Positions 15,498 through 23,376 of a stretch of DNA of 32,000 nucleotides are shown here, in pieces. The notes below the pieces were generated by a model that saw nothing but the letters and a program-made list of their open reading frames with translations, was not told the origin of the DNA and searched no databases. How positions within the stretch are numbered: the first letter of the stretch is position 1; the number at the start of each line of letters is the position of its first letter. The translations under genes and the position numbers were made by a program. Source of the DNA: Ktedonobacterales bacterium (GTDB lineage: Bacteria > Chloroflexota > Ktedonobacteria > Ktedonobacterales > JADMIN01); the NCBI GenBank assembly GCA_030167145.1, contig CP126532.1, positions 2,790,001 to 2,822,000 on the forward strand. Reading direction: 5' to 3'.

Positions 15498-17390
15498 TCA
15501 CTCGTCAGTTGATTCGTCCCACGTGCGCCAGGTGTTCCATTCATCCCATGGGAGCGCGGACTGGCGCGGGCCACGGATGGCCGGGCTGGCGGCGCGCGTG
15601 GGCACGGGTAGCGGGCCGCTTTCTTGGGAGGGCGTGGATGATGAGCGCAGGCCGGTGAGCGGCGACAGCGGGTGCAGTTTCGGTTCTTCCCAGGGGGGTG
15701 GTGTGCTGGTGGGGTCGCGCGAGGGGATCGGCACAATTGGCGGCATTGCCGCGCCAGTGCGAATGGATTGCGCATCACGCGGGTTCGGCGTGCGCAGCAG
15801 CGCAACGACATCGTCGAGCGCGGTGTCGGAGGGGTCGGGCCAGTCCCAGGGGAGGCCCATCCAGGCGCTTTCCAGCGCGCGGGCCAGCCGCCGCACAGCC
15901 TGGGAGAGCCGGTTGTGTTCCGCGTGTTCGCTCTGTAGCAGGAGCAGGCGCACAGCCAGCGCCTCGACATCTTGGGCGAGTGGGCTGAGCGGACCCTCTA
16001 CTTGTCCCGGTTTGATGGGACGCCCGGCTTGCGCGGCGCGCAACGCCAGCCGCAGCCATTCGGAGTCGTCGTGGATGTGGCCCTGGAAGGCGTGCATCTG
16101 TGCGCGCAGTGTGCGCAGTTCGTAGTCGTGCGCGGCGGCGAGCGCGACGGCTTTGGCGCGGCGGGCGTGGAGGTCGAGCGCGGTGAGCAAGAATGCGAGC
16201 AGCCCAACAAACAGCACAGCGCCGTCAACGACGGCGCTGGCATTGGAAGAAAGCGGGAGGGATGCGTGGAATGATCCAGAGGAGGAGAGTAGCGACAGGG
16301 CGGCATAGAGCGCGAAGGGTGTGAACGTGGCGACGATGGCGGCAGGACGCCCGACCAGCCGCAGCGCCAGCAGCGCCAGCACTGGCGCGAGCGCCAGCAG
16401 CGCCGGACGTGGCCCCAGCAAGGCCATGCTCCAGCCGATGATACCGATTTGCGAGAACAGGAGCGCGCGCCCAGCCGCGCGTGCATGTGCTGGGCGCTGC
16501 GAAAGGACGTAGCCCAGCCAGCCGCCGATGCCAGCGATGGCCGCGAGCGTGAGCGGCCAGAGGCCGCCCTGGTGGCCGAGCAGCAGCAGGACTGAGCCGG
16601 AGAGCGCGCTGACGACGGCGACGGCGGTGTGAATGCCCGCGATGGGCAGCGCCAGATTCGCCTCGGGCAATGGGGCGGGGCCAACAGGGGCTGGTGTACG
16701 CAGCACGCGCGCACGCCGCGCGGCGTGCATGCGCCAGAGGCGCAGGTCGAGCGGTTCGGGCATGTCGCCGTCGGCGGAGAGGTCGAGCGGAGCGGAAGCA
16801 GGGCGCGCGTCTGCGGTGGGTATATCGTTGGGGAGCGCGGCGGATTCGGTGGCTTCGTTTGGCGTGTCCGCAGTGGTTGCGCTGGCGTCGGCGCTGGCTG
16901 AGGCGGGTGGTTGCGCGTGGGGAATGATGGCTGCCATGCGCGCGAGCGTGGGATACTTGCGGCGTGTGGCGGTGGGGGCTTCCGCGCGTGAAGATGCGGG
17001 CGCGTTGGTGCGCTTCGTGGTGCGTTTGGTGGGTGATTTCGCGACGGAGGCTTTGGCGGCAGGTGGTTTGGTTGCGCGCGGGCGTCCACCGGACGCCCCT
17101 ACGGGAGCGGCGGGAAGCGGGTTGGTGGCTGACCGGCGGACAAGAATGTCCGCCCCACTAGAGGTGATGTCAGCCCCATCAGGGGCGGTATTCGCCGCAG
17201 TGGAAATGGTCTTTTGCCGCTGGGGTGATGGAGTTACGCGCGGGGGTGTCTGCTCGCGGACTGTCGTGCGTGGTTGGGATTGCGATTGGGTTCGCTGGGC
17301 GGCTGGCTGAGAGCGGCGCTGGGCACGCTTCTTCGCACGTCGGGTCAGGGGAGGGGTACGCCGCGATGCGCCCGATTGTGCATATGCCAT
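15498..17390 (-). CDS. Hypothetical polytopic membrane protein with a long basic/Ala-Pro-Thr-rich N-terminal region (630 aa)
   Basis: ATG at 17390 preceded by GTGAGGGTGG. About 230 aa of low complexity, about 6 hydrophobic helices (aa ~270-440), a helical Arg/Ala-rich segment and a Pro/Ser-rich C-terminus ending in W-rich DEWNTWRTWDE. No family recognised. Ends 85 nt upstream of otsA on the same strand. Confidence 0.6.
   Translation of the reverse strand: MAYAQSGASRRTPPLTRRAKKRAQRRSQPAAQRTQSQSQPRTTVREQTPPRVTPSPQRQKTISTAANTAPDGADITSSGADILVRRSATNPLPAAPVGASGGRPRATKPPAAKASVAKSPTKRTTKRTNAPASSRAEAPTATRRKYPTLARMAAIIPHAQPPASASADASATTADTPNEATESAALPNDIPTADARPASAPLDLSADGDMPEPLDLRLWRMHAARRARVLRTPAPVGPAPLPEANLALPIAGIHTAVAVVSALSGSVLLLLGHQGGLWPLTLAAIAGIGGWLGYVLSQRPAHARAAGRALLFSQIGIIGWSMALLGPRPALLALAPVLALLALRLVGRPAAIVATFTPFALYAALSLLSSSGSFHASLPLSSNASAVVDGAVLFVGLLAFLLTALDLHARRAKAVALAAAHDYELRTLRAQMHAFQGHIHDDSEWLRLALRAAQAGRPIKPGQVEGPLSPLAQDVEALAVRLLLLQSEHAEHNRLSQAVRRLARALESAWMGLPWDWPDPSDTALDDVVALLRTPNPRDAQSIRTGAAMPPIVPIPSRDPTSTPPPWEEPKLHPLSPLTGLRSSSTPSQESGPLPVPTRAASPAIRGPRQSALPWDEWNTWRTWDESTDE
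17080..17158 (+). repeat. Two REP-like hairpins (palindrome plus C(T/C)AC tail) inside the 630-aa ORF
   Basis: GGGCGTCCACCGGACGCCCCTAC (17080-17102) is identical to 31178-31200. GGCGGACAAGAATGTCCGCCCCAC (17135-17158) shares 20 nt with 19029-19048. Confidence 0.8.
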
Positions 17391-17628
17391 AACCACCCTC
17401 ACTTCCACCACATTCGCCGTATTACCATATCACATTGAACAAACGGACGCACAAGACACAGCAAAACGGAGGCCAAATCCAGAGCAATGCACATGCACGA
17501 GGATGTTCTCACAATGGGCGGGCGGCTGAAAACCGTGCCGTTGTGAACTCTCGCCACGCTTTCCGCTGCCACGCGATTGAGAGCAGCGAGGCGAGAATGA
17601 GATGATACGGTCATCTTCATGCATGAAC

Positions 17629-17658
17629 TTGACATTTGGTTGCTGTGTATGTGATAGT
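17629..17658 (+). promoter_or_regulatory. Candidate sigma-70 promoter for the T-box/alaX/ileS transcript
   Basis: TTGACA (17629-17634), an 18-nt spacer, then TGtGATAGT (extended -10-like, hexamer 17653-17658). Pattern match only. Confidence 0.35.
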
Positions 17659-17721
17659 AGGACGGAGCGCGTCGCCCATCGGCGGCACACTCGCGCCCGT
17701 AGTGGCGCTATTCTTATTCGC

Positions 17722-18070
17722 ATCGGCAAAGACGGAACCAGTAGGTTTGTCGAGCGCGCCCGCAGAGAGTCCGGGGTTGGTGCAACCGGATGGCGCAGGC
17801 GGACCGAAGATCATTCCTGAGCCGCCACCCGAACCGCCGTTCGCCCAATGGGCAGACGTGGAGGCGTGGCCGGTACCCGTCCGTTATCACGCGGGGGGAC
17901 ATGAACACGTGTCCCGCAAAGTGGGTCAGGCTGTTGCCTCGCTCTGTCGCCCGTGATGGGTGGGAGTTTCGAGTCTTGTTATAGAGACGAAGAGGTGGTG
18001 GCGCTGGTCAAAATGGGTGGTACCACGGGAGAGACTCTCGCCCCTATCTGGGCGGGGGTCTTTTGTTTTG
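17722..18070 (+). promoter_or_regulatory. T-box riboswitch leader, isoleucine (AUC) specifier, with intrinsic terminator
   Basis: Stem I AG-box AGAGAG (17764-17769). Distal loop GGTTGGTGCAA closed by TCCGG/CCGGA. Specifier context GAAG-ATC-A (ATC at 17810-17812). F-box CCGTTA (17881-17886). T-box sequence AAATGGGTGGTACCACGG (18011-18028), whose UGGU fits an A73 discriminator. Terminator GACTCTCGCCC / GGGCGGGGGTC (18033-18060) followed by TTTTGTTTTG. Confidence 0.85.
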
Positions 18071-18178
18071 CGCTTTTGCTGTGTTTGCGTAGCGATATAG
18101 CTCTCGGCCATGAATGGCCGGAGCACAGTGATGTGCGCGCCATATGTGCGGCGCGGTGTACGGGAAGGATGGCTTGCG

Positions 18179-18934
18179 ATGCAGTCCACTGAGACAACCC
18201 ATGTAGCGCCGACCCGGCTGCTGTATCACGAGGACAGCTATCTCAAGAGCTTCGACGCGACGGCGCTGGCCGTGGAAGGCAAGGAGATCGCGCTGGATCG
18301 CACAGCGTTCTATCCTGGTGGGGGCGGGCAGATGGCCGACCGTGGGGCGCTGATCTTTCAAGGGCGGCGGTTGCCGGTGGTTGGGCTGGCGAAGCGTGAC
18401 GATGTGGTGTGGCATGAGGTGGATGCTGGCGACGGACCGCTGCCCGCCGCTGGCGAGGTGATTACCGGCGAGCTGGATTGGGATTTCCGCTATCACATGA
18501 TGCGCACGCATACGGCGCTGCACATGCTCTGCGGTGTCATCTTCCGCGACTTCGGGGCGCAGGTGACGGGCGGCCAGATGTATGCCGACCGCGCTCGGAT
18601 GGATTTCGCGATGGAGACATTCTCGCCGGATACGACGCATCTGATCGAGCGGTGTGTGAACGATGAGGTGGCGGTGGGGCGCGAGATCAAGGCGTATACG
18701 CTGCCACGCGCGCAGGCGTTCGAAATTCCCGACCTGATTCGCACGAAGATTAACTTGCTGCCGCCGGGGATTGCGACGATACGCATCGTGGAGATCGTGG
18801 GGCTGGATCTGCAAGCCGATGGCGGCACGCATGTACGCGATACGCGCGAAGTTGGCGGCATTGCCGTGGTGAAGACGGAGAACAAGGGCCGGGCCAATAA
18901 GCGTATGGAGATCGTTCTGGTGGATGGAGAATAG
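18179..18934 (+). CDS. alaX: AlaX-M-like free-standing Ala/Thr-tRNA synthetase editing-domain protein (251 aa)
   Basis: ORF 18110..18934 trimmed to the ATG at 18179 (GGAAGGA RBS). N-terminal LDRTAFYPGGGGQ, an HxxxH motif (HTALHMLCG) and a second zinc-motif region that reads QADGGTHV (DxxxH instead of the usual CxxxH). Confidence 0.8.
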   Translation: MQSTETTHVAPTRLLYHEDSYLKSFDATALAVEGKEIALDRTAFYPGGGGQMADRGALIFQGRRLPVVGLAKRDDVVWHEVDAGDGPLPAAGEVITGELDWDFRYHMMRTHTALHMLCGVIFRDFGAQVTGGQMYADRARMDFAMETFSPDTTHLIERCVNDEVAVGREIKAYTLPRAQAFEIPDLIRTKINLLPPGIATIRIVEIVGLDLQADGGTHVRDTREVGGIAVVKTENKGRANKRMEIVLVDGE

Positions 18935-18938
18935 CACG

Positions 18939-21900
18939 ATGGCAGAGAAGAAGAAGGGAACCACAAGCGGCGGAACGGCGCGCAAGGGCGCAAAGTCCAC
19001 CGCCGTCGCGATGGAAGGGGCGCGGGCAGACAAGAATGTCCGCCCCACCAATAGAGCCGACAAGAATGTTCGCCGTACCAGAGAGGCCAGCGGGACGCCA
19101 GCGGCGCGGGCAGAGGCCAAGGGGAAGCGGCAGCTTTTCGCTCCGGTGGTCGCGCCGACACGGGTGGATTATCCGCAGCTCGAAGAGGGCGTGCAGCGGT
19201 GGTGGGATGAGCACGATATTCTCAACAGGTATCTGCACCGCAATGACGGGTCGGAGAAGCGCTGGTCGTTCATAGATGGGCCGATGACGGCGAACAACCC
19301 GATGGGGGTGCATCACGCCTGGGGTCGGACATATAAAGATCTGTGGCAGCGCTTCAACACGATGCGCGGCTACCGTCAACGCTATCAGAACGGCTGGGAC
19401 TGCCAGGGATTGCATGTGGAGGTCGAGGTCGAGAAAGACCTGGGCTTTAGGAACAAGCACGACATTGAGGCGTATGGCGTTGGCGCGTTTGTGGAGAAGT
19501 GCAAAGAGCGGGTGCTGCACTTTGCCGATGTGGCGACGCATCAATCTATCCGTTTGGGCGAGTGGATGGATTGGTCCGACTCGTACTACACGATGTCGAA
19601 CGAGAACAACTACACGATTTGGGGCTTCCTGAAGAAGTGCTGGCAGGAAGGCTGGATTTATAAGGGGCATGATGTGATGCCGTGGTGTCCGCGCTGCGGC
19701 ACGGGCATCTCGGATATGGAGATCAATGAGGGGCGCAAGAAGGTGACGCATACCAGCGTGTATGTGCGCTTTCCGCTGGTGGGCCGCCTGCACGAGTATC
19801 TGCTGGTGTGGACGACGACACCCTGGACGCTGCCCGCGAATGTGGCGGCGGCGGTGAATCCGGCGCTGACGTATGCAAAGGTGGAGCAGGATGGCAACGT
19901 CTACTATCTTTCTAGCGATGTTGTGCCGAAGCTGAAGAAGCTGCGCGGGCGCGAACATGGCGAGGCGAAGGTGGTGGCGACGCTGCCGGGGAGCGAATTG
20001 CTCGGCTGGCGCTACACGGGGCCATATGATGAGCTGCCCGCCTGGAACAACACGCATACGGAGCATCGTGTCGTCGCGTGGGATGAGGTGAGCGCGGCTG
20101 AGGGCACGGGCATCGTGCATATCGCGCCGGGGTGTGGTCGCGAAGACTACGGGCTGGCGAAAGAGGATGATCTGGCAATCCTCGCGCCGGTGGACGAGAA
20201 CGGCGTGTATGTGGACGGCTACGACTGGCTGACGGGGATGCAGGTCGCGGATGTGGCGCGACCGATCTTCGATGATCTGAAGGAGAAGCGGCTCTTCTAC
20301 CAGACGGAATCCTACGAGCATGTGTATCCGCATTGCTGGCGCTGCAAAACGGAGTTGATCTTCCGGTTGGTGGAGGAGTGGTTCATTGCGATGGGCAGCC
20401 TGGACGCGCCCGGCGACAACCCGCGCAAGCGGCTGGTGCGCATCGTCGAAGACCCAGCGATGACGTGGATTCCTGGCTTCGGGCGCGAGCGCGAGCTAGA
20501 CTGGCTGCGCAACATGGAAGACTGGATGATCTCGAAGAAACGCTACTGGGGGCTGGCGTTGCCGATCTTCGTCTGCCCGAAGTGCGATGCGTTCGAGGTG
20601 ATCGGCAGCGAAGATGAGTTGCGTGAGCGCGCAGTGGCGGGCTGGGAGGAGTTCGCGGGGCATACGCCGCACCGCCCGTGGGTGGATGCGGTGAAGATTC
20701 GCTGCGCGGCCTGCGGCGAGGTGGCGAGCCGCATCCCAGACGTGGGCAATCCGTGGCTGGACGCGGGCATCGTGCCATTCTCGACGCTGCACTACCGGCA
20801 CAATCGCGCGTACTGGCGTGACTGGTTCCCGGCGGACTTCATCACCGAGAGCTTTCCGGGGCAGTTCCGCAACTGGTTCTACTCGCTGCTGGTGATGGCG
20901 GCAGTGCTGGAAGATACCGCGCCGTTCAAGACGGTTCTGGGCCATGCGACGCTGATAGATGAATTCGGCGAGGAGTTCCATAAGAGCAAGGGCAACAGCA
21001 TCCCGTTCGACGAAGCGGCGGCGGTGGTCGGCGCGGATACGATGCGCTGGCTCTACGCGGGCGCGGCGCCGGAGCAGAATCTGCGCTTTCCGCGTATCCC
21101 CACTGAGTCGGAGGCGGCGGAGTTGCGCGCGGTGGGGCAGCCGCCACGGCTGAATGAGAAGTGGATGGAGGCGCGGGCCGCACTGGACAAGCTGTGGAAC
21201 GTGTATTCGTTCTTCGTGACGTATGCCAACATTGACGACTTCGATCCGACGACACGCGCGCTACCGGTCAGTGAGCGCACCGACCTGGACCGCTGGGTGC
21301 TCTCGGAGTTGCAAGAGACGATGCTGATGGTCGAGGCCGGGCTGGTGACCTTCAACGCGCAGCGCGGGGCAGGGGCGATCAGCGCGTTCGTGGAAAATCT
21401 GTCGAACTGGTATGTGCGCCGGAGCCGCAGACGGTTCTGGAAGAGCGAGGAGGATGCTGACAAGGTGGCGGCGTACCTGACGCTGTATGAGTGTCTGGTG
21501 ACGCTGGCGAAGTTGCTCGCGCCATTCACGCCGTTCCTGGCGGAGTCGCTGTATCAAAATCTGGTGCGGTCGGTGGATATGGCTGCCCCAGAGAGCGTGC
21601 ATCTCTGCGATTGGCCGGTCGCGGATAGCGCGCTGATCTCGCCGCAATTGCGCGATGAGACGGCGCTGGTGCTGCGGCTGGTGAATCTGGGGCGGGCGGC
21701 GCGCGAGAAGGCGCAGATTCGCGTGCGGCAGCCGCTGGCCGTGCTCTACGCGCGTGTGCATACGGATGCGGAGCGCGAGAGCCTGACGCGGCTGGGCGAG
21801 CAGGTGTTGGAAGAGTTGAACGTGAAGCGATTGGAACTGCTGCCGCTGGAGAGCGACATGCTGCGCTATACGTTGCAGCCACGCATGCACGTGCTGGGTC

Positions 21901-22436
21901 CGAAGCATGGCAAGCTGCTGCCGAAGGTGCTGGCGGCGCTGCGCTCCGGCGATATGCAGGCGAAGGCGCGGACGCTGGCGGATACGGGACGGCTGCCGCT
22001 GGATGTGGAGGGGCAGGAGGTGGTGTTGACGCCAGATGAGGTAGAGGTGGAGGCGAGCGCACAAGAAGGCTACACCGCCACTGAAGAGCGCGGCTATGTG
22101 GTCGCGCTGGATACGACGATCACTCCGGCGCTGCTGGCCGAGGGGCTGGCGCGCGATCTGACCCGGCTGGTGCAGGATGTGCGCAAGCGCGCGGGGCTGG
22201 CTGTGGAGGACACGATAGATACGTGGCTGCTCACCGACGCTGAACTGGCTGAGGTGGCGCGCACGCATAGCGCGTACATCAAAGATGAGACGCTGACCCG
22301 CGAGCTGACGGTGACGGCGTTGGATGCGAACGGGCAGACGGGCGTGTCCGTGCCACCGGCGGAAGGCTACACCGAGGTGGTTCCGGCGGCGAAGCTGGGC
22401 GGACACGAGGTGGTGGTGACGGTGCGGAAACGGTAG
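18939..22436 (+). CDS. ileS: Isoleucine--tRNA ligase (type-2-like); start codon uncertain
   Basis: HIGH-region PMGVHHAWGR, KMSKS-region FHKSKGNS, CP1 editing domain and CxxC pairs. Candidate starts are the ATG at 18924 (overlaps the alaX end), the ATG at 18939 (GGAG 9 nt upstream) and the GTG at 19146 (just before the conserved VDYPQLEE core). Confidence 0.9.
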   Translation: MAEKKKGTTSGGTARKGAKSTAVAMEGARADKNVRPTNRADKNVRRTREASGTPAARAEAKGKRQLFAPVVAPTRVDYPQLEEGVQRWWDEHDILNRYLHRNDGSEKRWSFIDGPMTANNPMGVHHAWGRTYKDLWQRFNTMRGYRQRYQNGWDCQGLHVEVEVEKDLGFRNKHDIEAYGVGAFVEKCKERVLHFADVATHQSIRLGEWMDWSDSYYTMSNENNYTIWGFLKKCWQEGWIYKGHDVMPWCPRCGTGISDMEINEGRKKVTHTSVYVRFPLVGRLHEYLLVWTTTPWTLPANVAAAVNPALTYAKVEQDGNVYYLSSDVVPKLKKLRGREHGEAKVVATLPGSELLGWRYTGPYDELPAWNNTHTEHRVVAWDEVSAAEGTGIVHIAPGCGREDYGLAKEDDLAILAPVDENGVYVDGYDWLTGMQVADVARPIFDDLKEKRLFYQTESYEHVYPHCWRCKTELIFRLVEEWFIAMGSLDAPGDNPRKRLVRIVEDPAMTWIPGFGRERELDWLRNMEDWMISKKRYWGLALPIFVCPKCDAFEVIGSEDELRERAVAGWEEFAGHTPHRPWVDAVKIRCAACGEVASRIPDVGNPWLDAGIVPFSTLHYRHNRAYWRDWFPADFITESFPGQFRNWFYSLLVMAAVLEDTAPFKTVLGHATLIDEFGEEFHKSKGNSIPFDEAAAVVGADTMRWLYAGAAPEQNLRFPRIPTESEAAELRAVGQPPRLNEKWMEARAALDKLWNVYSFFVTYANIDDFDPTTRALPVSERTDLDRWVLSELQETMLMVEAGLVTFNAQRGAGAISAFVENLSNWYVRRSRRRFWKSEEDADKVAAYLTLYECLVTLAKLLAPFTPFLAESLYQNLVRSVDMAAPESVHLCDWPVADSALISPQLRDETALVLRLVNLGRAAREKAQIRVRQPLAVLYARVHTDAERESLTRLGEQVLEELNVKRLELLPLESDMLRYTLQPRMHVLGPKHGKLLPKVLAALRSGDMQAKARTLADTGRLPLDVEGQEVVLTPDEVEVEASAQEGYTATEERGYVVALDTTITPALLAEGLARDLTRLVQDVRKRAGLAVEDTIDTWLLTDAELAEVARTHSAYIKDETLTRELTVTALDANGQTGVSVPPAEGYTEVVPAAKLGGHEVVVTVRKR
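19024..19078 (+). repeat. Doublet of REP-like hairpins at the alaX-ileS junction / ileS N-terminal extension
   Basis: GGGCAGACAAGAATGTCCGCCCCAC (19024-19048) and a degenerate copy GCCGACAAGAATGTTCGCCGTAC (19056-19078), in the same orientation. Confidence 0.75.
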
Positions 22437-22464
22437 GGCGGCGGGCAGGAATGTCTGCCCTACC
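22432..22464 (+). repeat. REP-like hairpin immediately after the ileS stop
   Basis: GGGCAG-GAATGT-CTGCCC-TAC (22443-22463), nested in a GGTAGGGC ... GCCCTACC inverted repeat (22432-22464) that includes the TAG stop. Confidence 0.7.
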
Positions 22465-22470
22465 ACTGAG

Positions 22471-22507
22471 GCGTCGCGCTTCTCCCACATGGGGATAGGC
22501 GCGACGC
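22471..22507 (+). terminator. Long stem-loop downstream of ileS, possible terminator
   Basis: GCGTCGCGC (22471-22479) pairs with GCGCGACGC (22499-22507), with an inner TCCC-ACAT-GGGA helix. Only a weak T-rich tail (TTCGGCGTT). Confidence 0.4.
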
Positions 22508-22674
22508 TTCGGCGTTCATCATGCATCGTGTACGCCAGAGTCTGTAGGGAGAATGGCCGTTTGACATGACGTGTGTATCTCCGATACCCTGCATGCGCCA
22601 GGGACCGCCAGCGCCCTGGACATCGGGTGTGGCTGGCGAGTTTGCACGCATCACGCATATCGAAGGGAATACGT

Positions 22675-23268
22675 ATGTCCGTTTTCTGGCGTCTCGCGCT
22701 GTCGCTGGCTCTAGGCGCGCTGGTGGGCGTCTACATTGGCATGCCGCTGGTGGATTCGGCGATCTCGCTGGCGGTCTTCATATTGCCGCCGGTACTGAGT
22801 GTCGCGCTGGATGGCGCTATCGTGCGGAAACGGGCGGCGGTTCTGTGGGTGGTGGGCGTGCTGGTGGGTGGCTGTGTGCTGCTCTCGGTAGGTGATCTGC
22901 TGCTCAATGTGCTTCAGGGCTACCAGAAATTCGATAGCGACCTCTTCATCTATACCGCGATTCTGGCGATTCCGGGATCGGCGGTGTTTGCGCTGGGCAG
23001 TCGGGGCACGCGCTTCGGTGGCACGATAGGGCTGGGCCTGGGCTGCGGCGCGCTCGCCTGGCTCGGCGTGGGACTGCACAATCTGCTGATCCCGTATCTG
23101 CTCGGCTATTATTCAGATCGCGGGCCTGCTGGCGGTATGGGGAGCCTGGTCTTCGTGGTGCTAGTGATGCTGTACGTTCTGCTAGGGTTTGGGCTGGCGC
23201 TGCTGCTGGCGGCGCTGGGCGTGGCGTTGCGGGTGTGGGTGGCGCGGGAGTTCGGGAGCGGGAAATAG
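22675..23268 (+). CDS. Hypothetical multi-pass membrane protein (197 aa)
   Basis: ORF 22573..23268 trimmed to the ATG at 22675 (AAGGGA 6 nt upstream). About 6 hydrophobic segments. No family recognised. Confidence 0.6.
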   Translation: MSVFWRLALSLALGALVGVYIGMPLVDSAISLAVFILPPVLSVALDGAIVRKRAAVLWVVGVLVGGCVLLSVGDLLLNVLQGYQKFDSDLFIYTAILAIPGSAVFALGSRGTRFGGTIGLGLGCGALAWLGVGLHNLLIPYLLGYYSDRGPAGGMGSLVFVVLVMLYVLLGFGLALLLAALGVALRVWVAREFGSGK

Positions 23269-23376
23269 GATTGGCTGTTGGACGCTCATGCGCCACATTC
23301 AACAGAAGCCCATGCCGGTGCGTACATGTCTCGCGTGCGCTAGTGCGAATACTATGTGTCAAGGTGGCGCGCGTAG

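Noticed and set aside
15998-17089. 363-aa ORF and other alternative-frame ORFs overlapping the 630-aa gene
   Set aside because: Same-strand, out-of-frame Pro/Arg/Ser-rich translation with no RBS. The in-frame gene has TM helices and a strong RBS.
17399-18197. Small ORFs (62-106 aa) on both strands between 17412 and 18178
   Set aside because: The region is explained by divergent promoters and a complete T-box leader with terminator. None of the ORFs has an RBS or a recognisable domain.
19024-19078. ADKNVRPT/ADKNVRRT as a functional protein repeat motif
   Set aside because: The same DNA 20-mer occurs at 17139-17158 in a different gene, on the opposite coding strand and in a different frame. 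The repeat is therefore a nucleotide-level element, not a conserved peptide motif.
18750-22658. 527-aa and 465-aa minus-strand ORFs (18750..20333, 21261..22658), plus 18044..19120
   Set aside because: They lie antisense to ileS and alaX, whose identity is unambiguous. They are Arg/His/Pro-rich translations characteristic of the reverse strand of GC-rich genes.
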